In this document: positions 1 to 11,892 of the stretch, one piece after another
Layout: each line of letters starts with the position of its first letter
Numbering within the stretch: the first letter of the stretch is position 1
Origin: Gracilinanus agilis
Taxonomy: Eukaryota
NCBI RefSeq assembly: GCF_016433145.1
Contig: NC_058131.1
Location: 569,026,446-569,090,445 of the forward strand
DNA: 64,000 nucleotides
Reading direction: 5' to 3'
The notes under the pieces: generated by a model
Database searches by the model: none
What the model was told of the DNA's origin: nothing
Seen by the model: the letters and a program-made list of their open reading frames with translations, nothing else
Made by a program: the position numbers and the translations under genes

Positions 1-218
1 TCACAGTATGGATCCCTAAACAACTGGGGAATTGAAGAACAGAAAGATGTCACCTGAGGTGGAAAAGAAGTGCATAGATACACCAGGGACAAACCTGGCC
101 AACTTCTCAATTCTTTCTCTGTCCAAGAAAGTCATGTTAATCTCACTGATACTAATACAGAGTGCTAGGATACTTTCTGTTCTGATATTCCCCTTTTCCT
201 CTTGATCTCCTTCATTAG

Positions 219-310
219 GAAGAGTCACCCTGTCCAATGTATCTGAGAGGAAGGATAACATGCGCCTGGGCTTGAGCCTCACCACCAATCCCAAAGACAA
301 CAGTTTTGTG
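219..310 (+). CDS. ITGA11: Integrin alpha-11 exon 4 (92 bp)
   Basis: ttcattag|GA...GTG|gtaaga; (G)RVTLSNVSERKDNMRLGLSLTTNPKDNSFV. Confidence 0.95.
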
Positions 311-1344
311 GTAAGAAACACCTCTGACCTTTCTTGTCCCTATCCCCAAGTTCCTTCTGCTATCACCACCTTCAGCATCCTTCCTATACCTGAAAACCAG
401 GAACTCTATACTGATTTAGAAGAAGTAAATCACAGATAAAAGAGTAGCTCATCTAAAAGTGAACTTCATTCAGAGAACATCTCCAAGGGACAGATAGGAA
501 GAGCTGTAGATTCACCTTTCTCTTTTTTCCTCAAGTGTGAGAGAAAGAGGTCTGGCAGTCTCTATATCTCCTAGAAAGTATGTGGGGGAAAATGTCTTAG
601 TACACAACCTCAAGGATCTCTGATTAAAGAGATATGGTTCCCACCCTAAGGGAATTTCTGCTATGAAGAAGGTGGCAGCCCCTACCTTGGGAAGTTCCTG
701 GTTAAATCAGAGACAAACGACAAATACACGACCTGAAGATGTTTTCAAAGAACCATAGAAAAGGATGAAAATTAATATCCTGGAAATCATGTTCCTAAGA
801 ACCCAGGGGAACTATGTCAGGCCTTCACCTAGCCCAGAGTACAGCTTGAACTGCATCATGGTGATGGAGAGCAATGAACCCGAATGCCATGCTGGATGGC
901 TTCAGCCCAAAGGGGTTCACTGATAACAACAAATCTAGAGAACCAGGCAGGAGTTGCGAAATTTCCTCCCATCCTAGCCAAAGCCAGGTGGTATCAAGTT
1001 CAAGTAACACAAAATAGGGGTGAGCCCAAAACATCCATGAATGACAGTTTGTAGCTCCTTCCCCACTTAGCTGCCTAGGGGTTACTGTAAGCCCAGAGAA
1101 GCTAAGCTAAGTGGGATTCATTGAGGAAAGTAGTTAGAGGAGATGAATCTTAAATATTTTGAGGATGAAGAGACACAGACATTGACACAACACAGTGCCT
1201 GGCACATAGTAGGCACTTAATAAATGTTAATTAACTGACAAAAAGAAAAGCTAAGTAGGAGCCTGGGGCAAAGTAGAGATAGAGTCAGAAAGGGAAATAG
1301 TTATACCTCTGCATAGCCTCATTGGTTCCCAGCCTTGCACATAG

Positions 1345-1570
1345 TAGTTGTTAGTATTTATATAATATTGTAAAGTTTCTAAAGTACTTTACTAATCTTA
1401 TCTCATTTGAGTCTTGAAACAACCTGTAAGGTAGATGCTATTATTATCCTCGTTTCATAATTGAGGAAATTGAGGCTGAGAGAGGTTAAGGACTTGCTCA
1501 GAGTCCCAGAGCTAGTAAACAACACAGGTAAAACTTGAACTTGGGTCTTCCTGACTCTAAGTCCAGTGCT
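1345..1570 (-). mobile_element. MIR-type CORE-SINE (old)
   Basis: Reverse MIR core: ...attatcctcgtttcataattgaggaaattgaggctgagagaggttaaggacttgctcag... Confidence 0.7.
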
Positions 1571-2439
1571 CAATAAAAACATGCACAGTGACTAAATGAT
1601 AAATTGAAATAATAATTCTCCTGCTTGTCCCCTGCCACTGCTCTGGAAGGGAACTCCATTGAATTATAGATCATTATTTTGGGCAGAAGATGGGATTCTG
1701 AGCTTCCCTCTGAGAGCTGTTTCCAGGGAACCAGCTGATAGAGGGAAAGGCTTTGAAGAATAATCGCCCCACAAGCTTCCCAGTGAAAGGCTTCTAAACA
1801 TCTTCTGGTCTTAGGCAGGTGATCTGTTAGCTCCCCTCAGGCCTTCAACACAATAGTGGAATAGAGCAGACAGTTATCTGGGAGTTCCAGACACATAGAA
1901 CTATAGTAGACAGTAACCCAGGGCAGCAACCAAAGGAGGGAATTTGAGATGGAAAGAGGCAGCTCTCCCAGTTGGTACTAAAAAATACCAAAGGCTCCTA
2001 GATACACAGGCAACTCACTTCTCCAAAACCAAGTGAATGGGACTCCTCTTGCCTTTCTTCTTTACCCATTCTTCTTGGGCTGCATGGTACCTTTTGATAC
2101 TTCTTAAAAGAAGCATCTGGCATACAGGGGATGATTAATACATTTTTGTTCTCTCCGCACCCCCTTTTTTATCCTCTTAGAGACTGCATTTGATGTATAT
2201 TTTAATCTGATTTCAGCTGAATTCAAATATTGAGGGAAGGGATAGGTATGTAGCATTTAATTTGTCCTGCCCTGAATATCCTAGTGATGGCCCCTATCCC
2301 TAAAGCCTCTGGAGTTAGCCCTAATAGCATGCTGGCCTCCTTTCTCTTGGGCTGGGGCCTGAGTTTATGAAAAGTAGCAATAAGGATTAAGGATCCTTTC
2401 CCAAAGGAGCTTTTCTGCATCTTTGAAAGGGGGGAAATT

Positions 2440-2640
2440 GGGGCAGCTGGGTGGTTTAGTGGCTTGAGAATCACACCCAGAGACAAGAGGTCCTGGGTTC
2501 AAATATGGCCTCAGACAATTTCTACCTGTGTGACCCTGGGCAAGTCACTTAACCTCCATTGCCTAGCCCTTACTGCTCTTCTGCCTTGGAACTCATACAC
2601 AGCATTGATTCTAAGATGGAAGGATTTAGAAAAAAAAAAA
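2440..2640 (+). mobile_element. Opossum SINE1-type CORE-SINE
   Basis: gggcagctgggtgg head, ggttcaaat B box, gaccctgggcaagtcactt core, ggaagg...A-rich tail. Confidence 0.85.
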
Positions 2641-2789
2641 GAAACAGAAAAGAAAGGGAGAAAGTTCCAGGCAGCCACTAAGATGACTCCCACAGAACTA
2701 TGGTGGCTGAAGGAGAACACTGAAACATCTGGTCCATAGAGATGAAAGCTGCCAGAAACGTGTTTGGATAAGACCAAGGAGACTTCTCC

Positions 2790-2920
2790 CCCTTTTTTAA
2801 TGTTTTGATAACTGTTTTTCAATATAATTGGTTTGCATTGTCATCTTATAGCTTTTATTTTATGCATTTAAAAACATTATTCCAAGAAGGGGCTCATGGA
2901 TTTCTAGAAAGTTGCATGCA
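2790..2920. mobile_element. hAT-Charlie-type MITE fragment (family uncertain; related copies at 6240, 17265, 32860, 46539)
   Basis: Shared internal sequence ttgataactg..tttcaatataattggttt...ttttatgcatttaaaaacatt..tct/ccaagaagggg. Confidence 0.6.
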
Positions 2921-3810
2921 CAATTAAAGGACAGGAAATAGGATCTTTGAGAAAAAAGTAAAGGGATTAGACTTGTATATCCAGGATAAAAGAAGACTAA
3001 GTAAGGACATATTTACTTCTTTCAGTGGTTACTGAACCATTTCAACTCCACAATTATGGATTAAGCTATTAAACACCTTTGTTGTTGTTGTTGTTCTTGT
3101 GTTGAGTCACATCAGACTCTTCATGACCCGTAAACCATACTATCCATTGGGATTTCTTGTGAAAGACTTTAGAATAGTTTGCCATTTCCTTCTCCATTAA
3201 GCACCTTTCTATGAGTAAATTGGGATAGGAAAGGAGCAACTAAGCATAGTGAATAGAGGGTTGATCTTGAAGTCTGAAAGGCCTGAGTTCAAGTCCTACA
3301 TCTGTCACATACTTGCTATGTGACCATGTTATTCAAGTCATTTATCATATTCTCTCCCCAATGAGAATGTAAGCTTTTTGAAAGCAGAAATTCTTACTTT
3401 TCTACTTGTATTCCTAGCACTTAGTTCCATTGTTAGCATAATAAGCATTTAATAAATATTTAATTCATTCATTCATTTAATGTCTCAGTGCCCCAGTTTC
3501 AAGACTCTTAAGTTTTGTGGGTGCAAAGGAAAGATTTAAGCAAAGAGTTAAAGGAAAATTTGAAAAGAAAGAGTTCATTTCCAGAAAGAGGGATCATGGA
3601 AGGCTTCACTAAGAAGGGAGAGCACTGCAATAAGCCTTAAAGGAAGGGTAGAATTTTGACAAGAATAGGTGAAAAAAGAGGAGGCCATTCCGGAGATGAA
3701 AAAAATGCATAGATGTCAAAGTCTGGGAGTAGTTATTCTACATCCTCCCCCAAATCTCAACCCTCAGGGATGAAAAAGTTTAAGCTATGATAAGAGAGTT
3801 CAGGAACAGG

Positions 3811-4060
3811 AGTGGCTAGGTGGTAGTGGATAGAGTACACAGCCTGGATTCAGGAAGACTATGTTTCTGAGTTCAAATCTTGCTTCGGATGTGTATTAGT
3901 TGTGTGACCCTGGGCAAATCACTTAATCCTGTTTGCCTCAGTTTCCTCATCTATAAAATGAGCTAGAGAAGGAAATGGCAAACCACTCTGGTATCTTTGC
4001 CAAGAAAACCCTACATAGAGTCATGAAGAGTCAGATAGCACCCAAAAAAAAAAAAGCAAC
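3811..4060 (+). mobile_element. Mar1-type SINE (CORE plus RTE/BovB-like tail)
   Basis: Core followed by gagaaggaaatggcaaaccactc..tatctttgccaagaaaaccc tail. Confidence 0.8.
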
Positions 4061-4690
4061 AAGAGAGTTGAAATTAGACACAAGGAAGACTTCTTAACCT
4101 CTTGGGACATCAAAACTAGGAGAGATGAGCATTTGTCTTGGGCAGTAGAGGCAAGTGGCTGGGCCTGATAACCTCTGGAGGATGACTTTCCAGCTCTAAA
4201 ATTTAAGAGCCTTTCCTTACACTTCAGAAGTGTAACTAATGTAGGGAGATTGGGGCTTTTCTCCAGGGTGCCAGCATAGGATGGGGTATGGTTTCCTCCC
4301 CAAAGCAGCCTTCAAACCACCCAATCTGTTTCATATAGCATGACTTTACACACTTGTCTAGCTCAGGGCCACTACCCTACTAACCTTCCTTTTTCCCATC
4401 CAAAAAATTAAGGGTATCAAAAACTCCCAGAACTTCAATTCCCTTCCCCCAAAAGCTGCCTTTCTCACCAAAACCTGTGGGTATGGAGCCTGGATGAGAT
4501 GGAAGATGGCATAACTGCTCCTCTGGTTAACCTATCCCTTGTAGCTCCCCACCATCCTCTCCCTCTTTGGCGCTATTTATTCATTCCCCTGACCTCCACA
4601 ACTCTTTCTGCCCCACGTATAAGAATTCCTCATTACAACCCTGTTTTGGTTCCATCTATCTAATAATTATACTTCTGTTATCTTTTGTAG

Positions 4691-4805
4691 GCATGCAGCC
4701 CTCTCTGGTCTCACGAGTGTGGCAGTTCATACTATACAACAGGGATGTGCTCTCGGGTCAATTCCAACTTCAGATTCTCCAAGACAGTGGCCCCAGCTCT
4801 CCAAA
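4691..4805 (+). CDS. ITGA11: Integrin alpha-11 exon 5 (115 bp)
   Basis: tttgtag|GCA...CAA A|gtaggt; ACSPLWSHECGSSYYTTGMCSRVNSNFRFSKTVAPALQ(R). Confidence 0.95.
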
Positions 4806-5081
4806 GTAGGTTGCTCCATAGTTTCTTTCTTGGATTGGACCTTAGACCTTTCACGGGAAGTTTGCAACTTTGATTAATTCAGCCATGACTGTGATTGGCG
4901 GGCAGAAAAAGTTGCACCCAGGGGTTTTCTCTTCTAATTGCTAACTTGCCAGGAGACCTTAGGCTAGTTGCCTGATAACTCTGTGTCTCAACAGTGACAA
5001 TACTTGTCCCACAGCATGCTTATGAGGCACCAATAAGATGACTGGCACAAAAGGACTTTTAAAAAGCCCTGGATGGGGTGT

Positions 5082-5262
5082 GGGGGGGGGCACAGCTGGG
5101 TGGCTCAGTGGATTGAGAGCCAGCTCTAGAGACGGGAGGTCCTAGGTTCAAATCTGACCTCAGACACTTCCTAGCTATGTGACCTTAGGCAAGTCACTTG
5201 ACCCCATTGCCTAGCCCTTACCATTCTTCTGCCAGAAGGTAAGGGTTTTAAAAAAATAAATA
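5082..5262 (+). mobile_element. SINE1-type SINE with internal tail deletion
   Basis: Typical head and core; tcttctgcc joined directly to agaaggtaagggtttt. Confidence 0.85.
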
Positions 5263-6239
5263 AAGTCCCAGACGGTTGTGACAATTGGTAAGTAAATCAG
5301 AGGTCCAGTGATCTAGTTGAAGAGGAAATCAATCTAAGAAAAGTTACACCAAGACAAACACCTCCTGGTGTCTAGGAATCATTTCTCTAATGGCCTAGTG
5401 TTCCCTGGAGTACCAAACCTCACACTTCACCTTTGGGGGGTTTTTTAAAGGGAATTCTAGAATATTAAAGTAGGGAGACCTCCCACCACCCACTCTTCCC
5501 CTGGTACAGACAGGCAGCTCAGATCACTCAGGAAGAAAAAGTAAGGAAAGAATTTGGGCCTTGTCTCCTGCAAGTGCAGACAGCTTGGCTCAGTGCCTTC
5601 CCATTTCCTTGCTGTTCAATATCATTGCAGAAGCCTTGCCTGCTGCCATTTTTATGGAGGGTGAGAGGATTAGCACCTTGCCCTACCCACACATACATAC
5701 ACCCTCCCTCTCCCTTAATAACAGGGCTCAACAAGCAGATGGAATTATTATATTAAGGAGGGAAGGGGAGGTGGAGGAAAAGGGGGGTGGCCCGCCTCAG
5801 ACAGAGGATTTAGGGCAGTGAGCCAGGAGGAGTAATTGTTACCCTATAAGAAGCTTGGTTGGTAAAAGAACAGAAAAAGAGGCGATGGGTCTGCTCACAC
5901 AAAGTGATGAATAATTTCCCTCTCCCTGTCCCCAAGCCCACAAAGGGGAAAAGACAGCAGGAGTGAAGGGATAGACCTCACAAAAAAGAGAGTGACTATC
6001 TCACTGGATTCAAGAAAAGAGAAGAATTCTAACTGAAAGATTCTCCTATGATCAGGCCATGAAGGTTGTGATACAGAGAAAAGAGCACTCACTGGGTTGT
6101 TCAGATCCCACCTATGCTACATGTTATCTTTATGACTTTAGGCAAGTCACTTGGCTTCCCCAAGGCTCAGTTTCCTAGTCTGTAAAATTTGGGGCTTAGA
6201 CTAGATAGTCATTGAGATCCCTTTTAGTTCCATGATCCT

Positions 6240-6435
6240 AGGACAGGACCTGAGATCCAGAAACTCTTTTAAAATTACTTTGATAACTGTATTTCAATAT
6301 AATTGGTTTCCTTTGAAATCCTATATGTTTTATTTTATGCATTTAAAAACATTTTTCTGAGAAGGGGCTCATTGGTTTTACCAAACTGCCAAAGTGGGTC
6401 TGATGTCACATATACAAGATTCAGAACCCTGGTCT
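6240..6435. mobile_element. hAT-Charlie-type MITE
   Basis: Same family as 46539-46773 in opposite orientation; ends ...ttcagaaccctg. Confidence 0.6.
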
Positions 6436-7049
6436 AAGCAGAAAGGGCCCCTAATGCAAAGGCCTGAATCCACTGGGGGTGGGGAGAAGGGGGAGGAGGA
6501 GACAAATCCATCATGCTTGGTCAACCACAGACATGATCAAATCCTGCTTGCAGCCAGCCAGTGTAATATGAATGGCCAAGTCACTTCTCCCCACACAGAA
6601 ACAGCCTTGCAGAGTTGTCTTACTCTACTTATTCCAAACTACCCTGTTGAACTGTTTTTCCCCTAAAATGAAGGGGATCAAGAACTCAGCACTAACCAAT
6701 GGGACCAAAGATTGTCCCACAAATCTTACTATAATGAGAGCTGAAGTGGGCATATTTCAAAGTCTCGACAACACAGACATTATTGACATATTTGCAAGCC
6801 AAAAGCCTCATAAGGCATTGCTTTACGATAAATTGCATAATGGTATCCATTTTTCCCTGTTCCTAACAATATGGAAAAAATAAACATGTGGACTAGCCAC
6901 AAATGTTTGCCCAGGGCCCCATAAATGCATTAAAGAGTCCCTGCCAAACCCTGCTGTCCAATCCCCTCAATGGAACAGCCTCCCGTTGATATGACCATGA
7001 TTGGTGGAGAGGAAAGGGTAGAAGAGGATGGTGGAGAAGGCTCAGATCA

Positions 7050-7245
7050 AAATAAATTTTAAACCCTTGCCTTTCCACCTTAGTATCAGTTCTAAGACAG
7101 AAGAGTGGCCAAGGGCTAGGCAATTGGGGTTAAGTGACTTGCCCAGGGTCACACAGCTAGAAAGTAGCTAAGGCTAGATTTGAACCCAACTTCTCCTGAC
7201 TTTAGCCTGGCTCTCTCTCTATCCACTGTGCTATCTACCTGTCTC
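7050..7245 (-). mobile_element. SINE1-type SINE
   Basis: Reverse complement of tail (aaacccttg), core (ttaagtgacttgcccagggtcacacagctag) and B box (atttgaaccc). Confidence 0.85.
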
Positions 7246-8395
7246 TCAGATCATAGAATATTAAAACTGGAAAGGATCATCTCTTTATACAGAGGAGGGA
7301 ATTGAGGCCCTGAAAAAGTTCAGGGAATCACAATAGAGTCAAGTCAAGCGAACGAATGCTCCCTGTGTGCTAGGATTGTGCTAATTACAAGGGGTTCACA
7401 GGCTAATGGGAGAGACAAGATACAAATAACTATTTAAGAAGAAGAAATACACAGGATAAATAATTTGGAGTTTATATTGGACATTAGCTCAGACTCCTGC
7501 TTCCCAGTCCAGTGCACCATTATTAAGACAAGGGCCACTAACTAGAGCCTTCCCTAAGTCAGCCTCATAAATTCTCATTCAAGCTCTGCCCATAATTAGT
7601 TGTGACCTCTTCTCTGTAAAATGGGAAAGGATGGCCCAGTTGAGGAAGCACCTTTTCATGGCAACCTCAGTTCTGAAGCTCACTTATCTCTGTGACTTGG
7701 AATAAGTCATTACCTCTCTGAAGCCTAAGTTTCTTCATCTATAAGATGAAAGGTTTTATAGTTAAACAATCATACATAGGGTTATAGATCTGCAAGGCAC
7801 TTCAGAAGAGATGATCTCCAAATTGCTTTCCAAGTTGCATATTCTAGGATTCTATGACCCTGGGAACCTTGGGGTCCTTTGTCCTTCATCCTCAATATAG
7901 GTCAAAACTGATTTGAAATCTGTTTGTGTTGTTGGACTCTGCAACTAAAGACAGATGTGGGAGCCAGAGATGGGAGGGATGCAAAGAAGAGAAAATTCCT
8001 AGAATTTTAAAAGAACCGGAATTGTTTGGCCAGGAGGAAAGAAAACTTAATTGATCTTTAACTCTCTAAAAGGTTACTAGAGAATATCTTCTGAGAACAG
8101 GTCAATAGAAAGAGAGGAGTCTAGACTATATCAAGTGAGTTGAGACTATACCAAGAAGACTTTAGGTCACAAGTAAAGAAAACAGTTTATAACAATGAAT
8201 GGGACTTGGGACTAGAAGGGATAGCCAAAGAAGACTAAGGAATCTCTTTCCCTGGGGGCATTTAAAGAGATTTAATATCCTGATATGATCATGATTTCTT
8301 CCAGGCTAGAGGAAAAGCCTCCTCCAGCCCAAATAGTCTGTGACTTGTTATAGCTGCAAATATGGTAAGTCATGAGTGTGTGTCTGTTTCCTTAG

Positions 8396-8523
8396 GGTGT
8401 CAAACATACATGGATATCATTATTGTTCTGGATGGCTCCAACAGCATCTACCCCTGGGTAGAAGTCCAACACTTTCTTATAAACATCTTGAAGAAGTTTT
8501 ACATTGGTCCTGGTCAGATCCAG
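8396..8523 (+). CDS. ITGA11: Integrin alpha-11 exon 6 (128 bp), start of alpha-I domain with MIDAS DxSxS
   Basis: ccttag|GG...CAG|gtaagt; (R)[42 protein letters not shown]. Confidence 0.96.
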
Positions 8524-9144
8524 GTAAGTGTCTAAGGGTTGTATCACATTGCTGAGGGAAAGGCACCAGGCTTGAAGCCATAAAACTTAAATTCCGGTCT
8601 GAGCTCTAGTACCAACTAGAATCATGACCTTGAGCAATTCACAATTTGTGAAGCTGCAGTTTTCCTCATCTGTGAAATGGGCATAATTATACCTTCTACT
8701 CCACTTGATTCATAGGTTTGGTGTGGGGCGATTGTTCTCTAGAAAAGCCCTAGAGAAAAATCCAAAGTGTTCTTTCCAGTTCAGAAATGTCTCTTGTCCT
8801 TTCCTAGCAAGACTCAGGACTGTAATAACACACTTTTCCCAAGTCCACCAGCAGATCTGTGCTAGTGGAATAGTCCATAATCATTGAGAGGAGTCACTAA
8901 AAAGGAAACGGATCATTGAAGAAGTTAGCAAGTCATAATTACTTGGGATATTTGAAAAATCAGAGATATCAGCCTGTGAGATACACAACCCCTCCAGTTC
9001 AGAGTTCTATCTCTGATGAAGACAGAGAACAGATTGAGGAAGTTTCGATGCATTGACCTCATAGGTTAGGGCCAGACCCCCAAACATCCTAGTTTATCCT
9101 TATCTACTCTGCATGGCTCTATGAGCCAGGAATCTAGCTAACTT

Positions 9145-9480
9145 TTTTTTGTTTCCCAATTAACAAGCATATGTGTTGGAGTTTTTTTCTCTCTTCACCT
9201 CTCCCACTGGGGAAAAAAAAAAGAAAAGAAAAGGAAAAAGAAAACCCACATAACAAACATACAAAATCAAGCAAAACAAATTCTCGCTTTGGCCATGTAC
9301 AAAAATGTCTCTCTGTATTCTATTCCCTCTCTGACAGGAGGTGGGTGACACTTTATCATAAGACCTCTGGAATTGTGGTTGATCATGACATTGATTAGAG
9401 TTCTTAAGTCTTTCAAAGTCTAAGTCTTTTTGAAACTAGTTCTAGTGCCACCTGAAACAAGAGGTCTTTCTGAATTCCCC
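9145..9480 (-). mobile_element. Old L1 3' fragment
   Basis: Similar to the L1 3' sequence at 58085-58450, which carries a recognisable ORF2 C-terminus. Confidence 0.55.
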
Positions 9481-9549
9481 TCTTCCTCTGGGTTTTCTGG
9501 TTAGTTTTTATAACATCTTCCCCCCCACCAAAAAAAAAAAAAAAAAAAA

Positions 9550-9710
9550 AAGGAAAGATAGGTTGCACAATGGTTAGAGTGCCCAGCCTGGAGAGAGGAA
9601 AACTCATCTTCTTATGTTCAAATCTGGCTTCAGATACTAGCTGAAGTGACCCTGGGCATGTCACTTCTGCCTTAGAACCAATAATACACAGCACTGATAA
9701 GGGCTTTGAG
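9550..9710 (+). mobile_element. SINE1-type SINE, internally deleted
   Basis: Head and B box (gttcaaatctggc), then gtcactt joined to ctgccttagaaccaat. Confidence 0.7.
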
Positions 9711-9744
9711 GTTTTTTTGTTTGTTTGTTTTTTAAGTTAACTCT

Positions 9745-9950
9745 CAGCGGTGCACTGATCAGGGATAATCCTGAAAGACTGATGACAGGGAATGGCATCC
9801 ACCTCCAGAGAAAACACTGTTTGAATCCTCTTTCACGTCATTGTATTTATGGTTTTATTTGGGGGTTGTGGTTATGTGAATGTGCCCTTACAACAATGAC
9901 CAACATGGAATTATGTTTTGCATGACAATAAAACTTTTTAAAAAGAAAGA
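9745..9950 (+). mobile_element. L1 3' end fragment
   Basis: tgatcagggataatcctgaaagactgatgac...caacatggaattatgttttgcatgacaataaaa plus A-rich end, typical of a marsupial L1 3' UTR. Confidence 0.55.
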
Positions 9951-10200
9951 ACTACAAATCTAAGAAAAATAGCTTTCAAAGAAAAGTTAAAGGTAAGATT
10001 TGAACTTGGGTCCTTTGACAACATACAAAGCTCTTTGGGCACTCGATAATTAGCCTCCTTATGTAAAATGAGATTTAATTTTTATTTGTCCAAAATTTCT
10101 CTTTTTCAAGTCTTAAGGAACCCCTTGAATTCGACTCTTCTGGGATTTGGTCAACAAGTAGCAGTTCATTCCTATTCATAGCCATCCTATGGCTATAGGC

Positions 10201-10680
10201 TCCTCCCGGCCTGCTCTCAGCCGGTCCCAATGGGGTCTGCCCTTCTCGGGGCTCCTGGACTCGGGGGGAGGGGCGGGGGTTATCTCCACATCCTCGATCC
10301 CGGCTCAGGAGGCCCGGAGTCCGAGCAGCCGCGGGTCACGTGCTTCCCTCCCCCTCTGCCTTGCAGGTGGGCGTGGTCCAGTACGGAGAAGACGTGGTCC
10401 ACGAATTTCATCTGAACGACTACAGGTCGGTAAAAGATGTGGTGGAAGCCGCCAGCCACATCGAGCAGAGAGGAGGTACAGAAACCCGGACGGCGTTTGG
10501 GATAGAATTTGCTCGGTAAAAGCTCTGGTGGGGTCACACACAAACACGCCACAGAGAACTTCCGCGGCTCCGTAAAGGCTCGCGGGGTGGGGGGCGGGGG
10601 CTTCTAGCCGCTCGCTGCCGGGAGTCGCTGATCCTAGGGCACGAGAGGGTGCCAGGACGCCTACATTCTGCCAAGATCCC
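10201..10680. promoter_or_regulatory. Intragenic CpG island spanning exon 7, with two GC boxes and an E-box
   Basis: About 37 CpG in 480 bp by manual count. GGGGCGGGG at 10270-10278 and 10591-10599; GTCACGTG at 10336-10343. The rest of the window is strongly CpG-depleted. Confidence 0.8.
10367..10515 (+). CDS. ITGA11: Integrin alpha-11 exon 7 (149 bp), alpha-I domain
   Basis: ttgcag|GTG...GCT CG|gtaaaa; VGVVQYGEDVVHEFHLNDYRSVKDVVEAASHIEQRGGTETRTAFGIEFA(R). Confidence 0.96.
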
Positions 10681-10939
10681 ATAAAGTACTGCTCCACAGT
10701 CATAATCCTTCGGTGGGCCTATCTCTATTTATATTAATATTTGCTCTAAACTTTTTATTTACGTTCTCATTTGATCCTCACAATATTCCCATTAAGTAGG
10801 CAAGTTAGAGTCAAAAAATCGAGGGCAAGGGCCATCCAATCCAACCCGTCCTTTTAAAGATAAGGAATCTGGGGCAGAGAAGGCAAGAACATACAGCAAG
10901 CATATACCACAGACAGAATTTGAACCTAGGGCTCCTGAC

Positions 10940-11147
10940 TGGTTGCTCGGTGGATTGAGAGCCAAATCTGGAGATAGTTAGTCCTGGATTCTAATGTGGC
11001 CTCGGGTACTTCCTAGCAGTGTGACCCTGGGCAAGTCCCTTAACCCCCATTGCCTAGCCCTTACCACTCTTCTGCCTTGGAACCAATACATAGTATTGAC
11101 TCCAAGATGGGCAGTAAGGATCTTTAAAAAGAAGAAAAAAAGAAAAG
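10940..11147 (+). mobile_element. SINE1-type SINE
   Basis: ggattgagagcc head, gaccctgggcaagtc core, ccaatacatagtattgactccaagatgg tail, A-rich end. Confidence 0.8.
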
Positions 11148-11159
11148 AATATCCTTCTT

Positions 11160-11350
11160 GGGGCAGCTAGGTCTCACTGTAGATAAGAGTGCCAGACCTG
11201 GAGCTGAGAGGACTTGGGTTAAAACCTGACCTCTGGCACTTCCTAGCTGTGTGGCTCTGGTCAAGTCACTTAATCCCTATGGCCTAGCCCTTGCCACATT
11301 TCTGCTACTGAACTGATAGTATCAATTCTAAGACAAAAGGTAAGGGATTG
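11160..11350 (+). mobile_element. SINE1-related SINE (older)
   Basis: ggggcagctagg head, core, attctaagacaaaaggtaaggg tail. Confidence 0.75.
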
Positions 11351-11504
11351 GTTTCTTTGGGGGGGAGGGGGAGACAAGGGGATAGGGGTTAAATGAGGTG
11401 GTCGTACTAATTGTCCAATAGAGGACGTTTAGGGAAGATTAGAATTTCTGGTCTGAGGGCTTTGCTGACCTCGTTTCTGGGCTTTCCTCTTTTGGTGTCT
11501 TGCC

Positions 11505-11892
11505 TATGAGCCCAAGAAGCTGTAACACACACAGCTGCCACACCACAGTAACACCATCAGCCAAACCAGACTGAGGATAACCCTTTGGTGAGTTGGAGTG
11601 TGTCTACACCAAGCATGTGAAGACTTCATAGGTGAATGAAAACAGTTCGTTCCAACAGCCTTTAAGGCAACTGAAGTAGGAGCCAGATGTGGAAGAAGCC
11701 ACTGAATCCATGAGCGTGCTAACATGAGAAGGCATCCTGAATTTTGTCTTGCCACTGGATTTTAGGGCATTGGAAGAAAGAGTGAGGCTGATGACTGTGC
11801 CACTCTGCCTCACTTAAATCCAATTTATGCTCAAGTCAAAAGTCATCCTCAATGATGGCATTTTGGTCCTCTTCAGGTACCAAAGACAACAA
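11505..11892 (+). mobile_element. RTE-derived non-autonomous retroposon fragment (family uncertain)
   Basis: ttttgtcttgccactgga...ctctgcctcacttaaatccaatt...ggtcctctt..gacaacaa; second copy at 13960-14525. Confidence 0.55.

Noticed and set aside
5646-5657. CCATTTTTATGG as an SRF CArG box
   Set aside because: Eight A/T bases between CC and GG rather than six.
10189-10703. Overlapping ORFs of 61-132 aa around exon 7 on both strands
   Set aside because: Expected shadow ORFs in GC-rich, stop-poor DNA; none resembles a known protein and only the spliced ITGA11 frame is supported.
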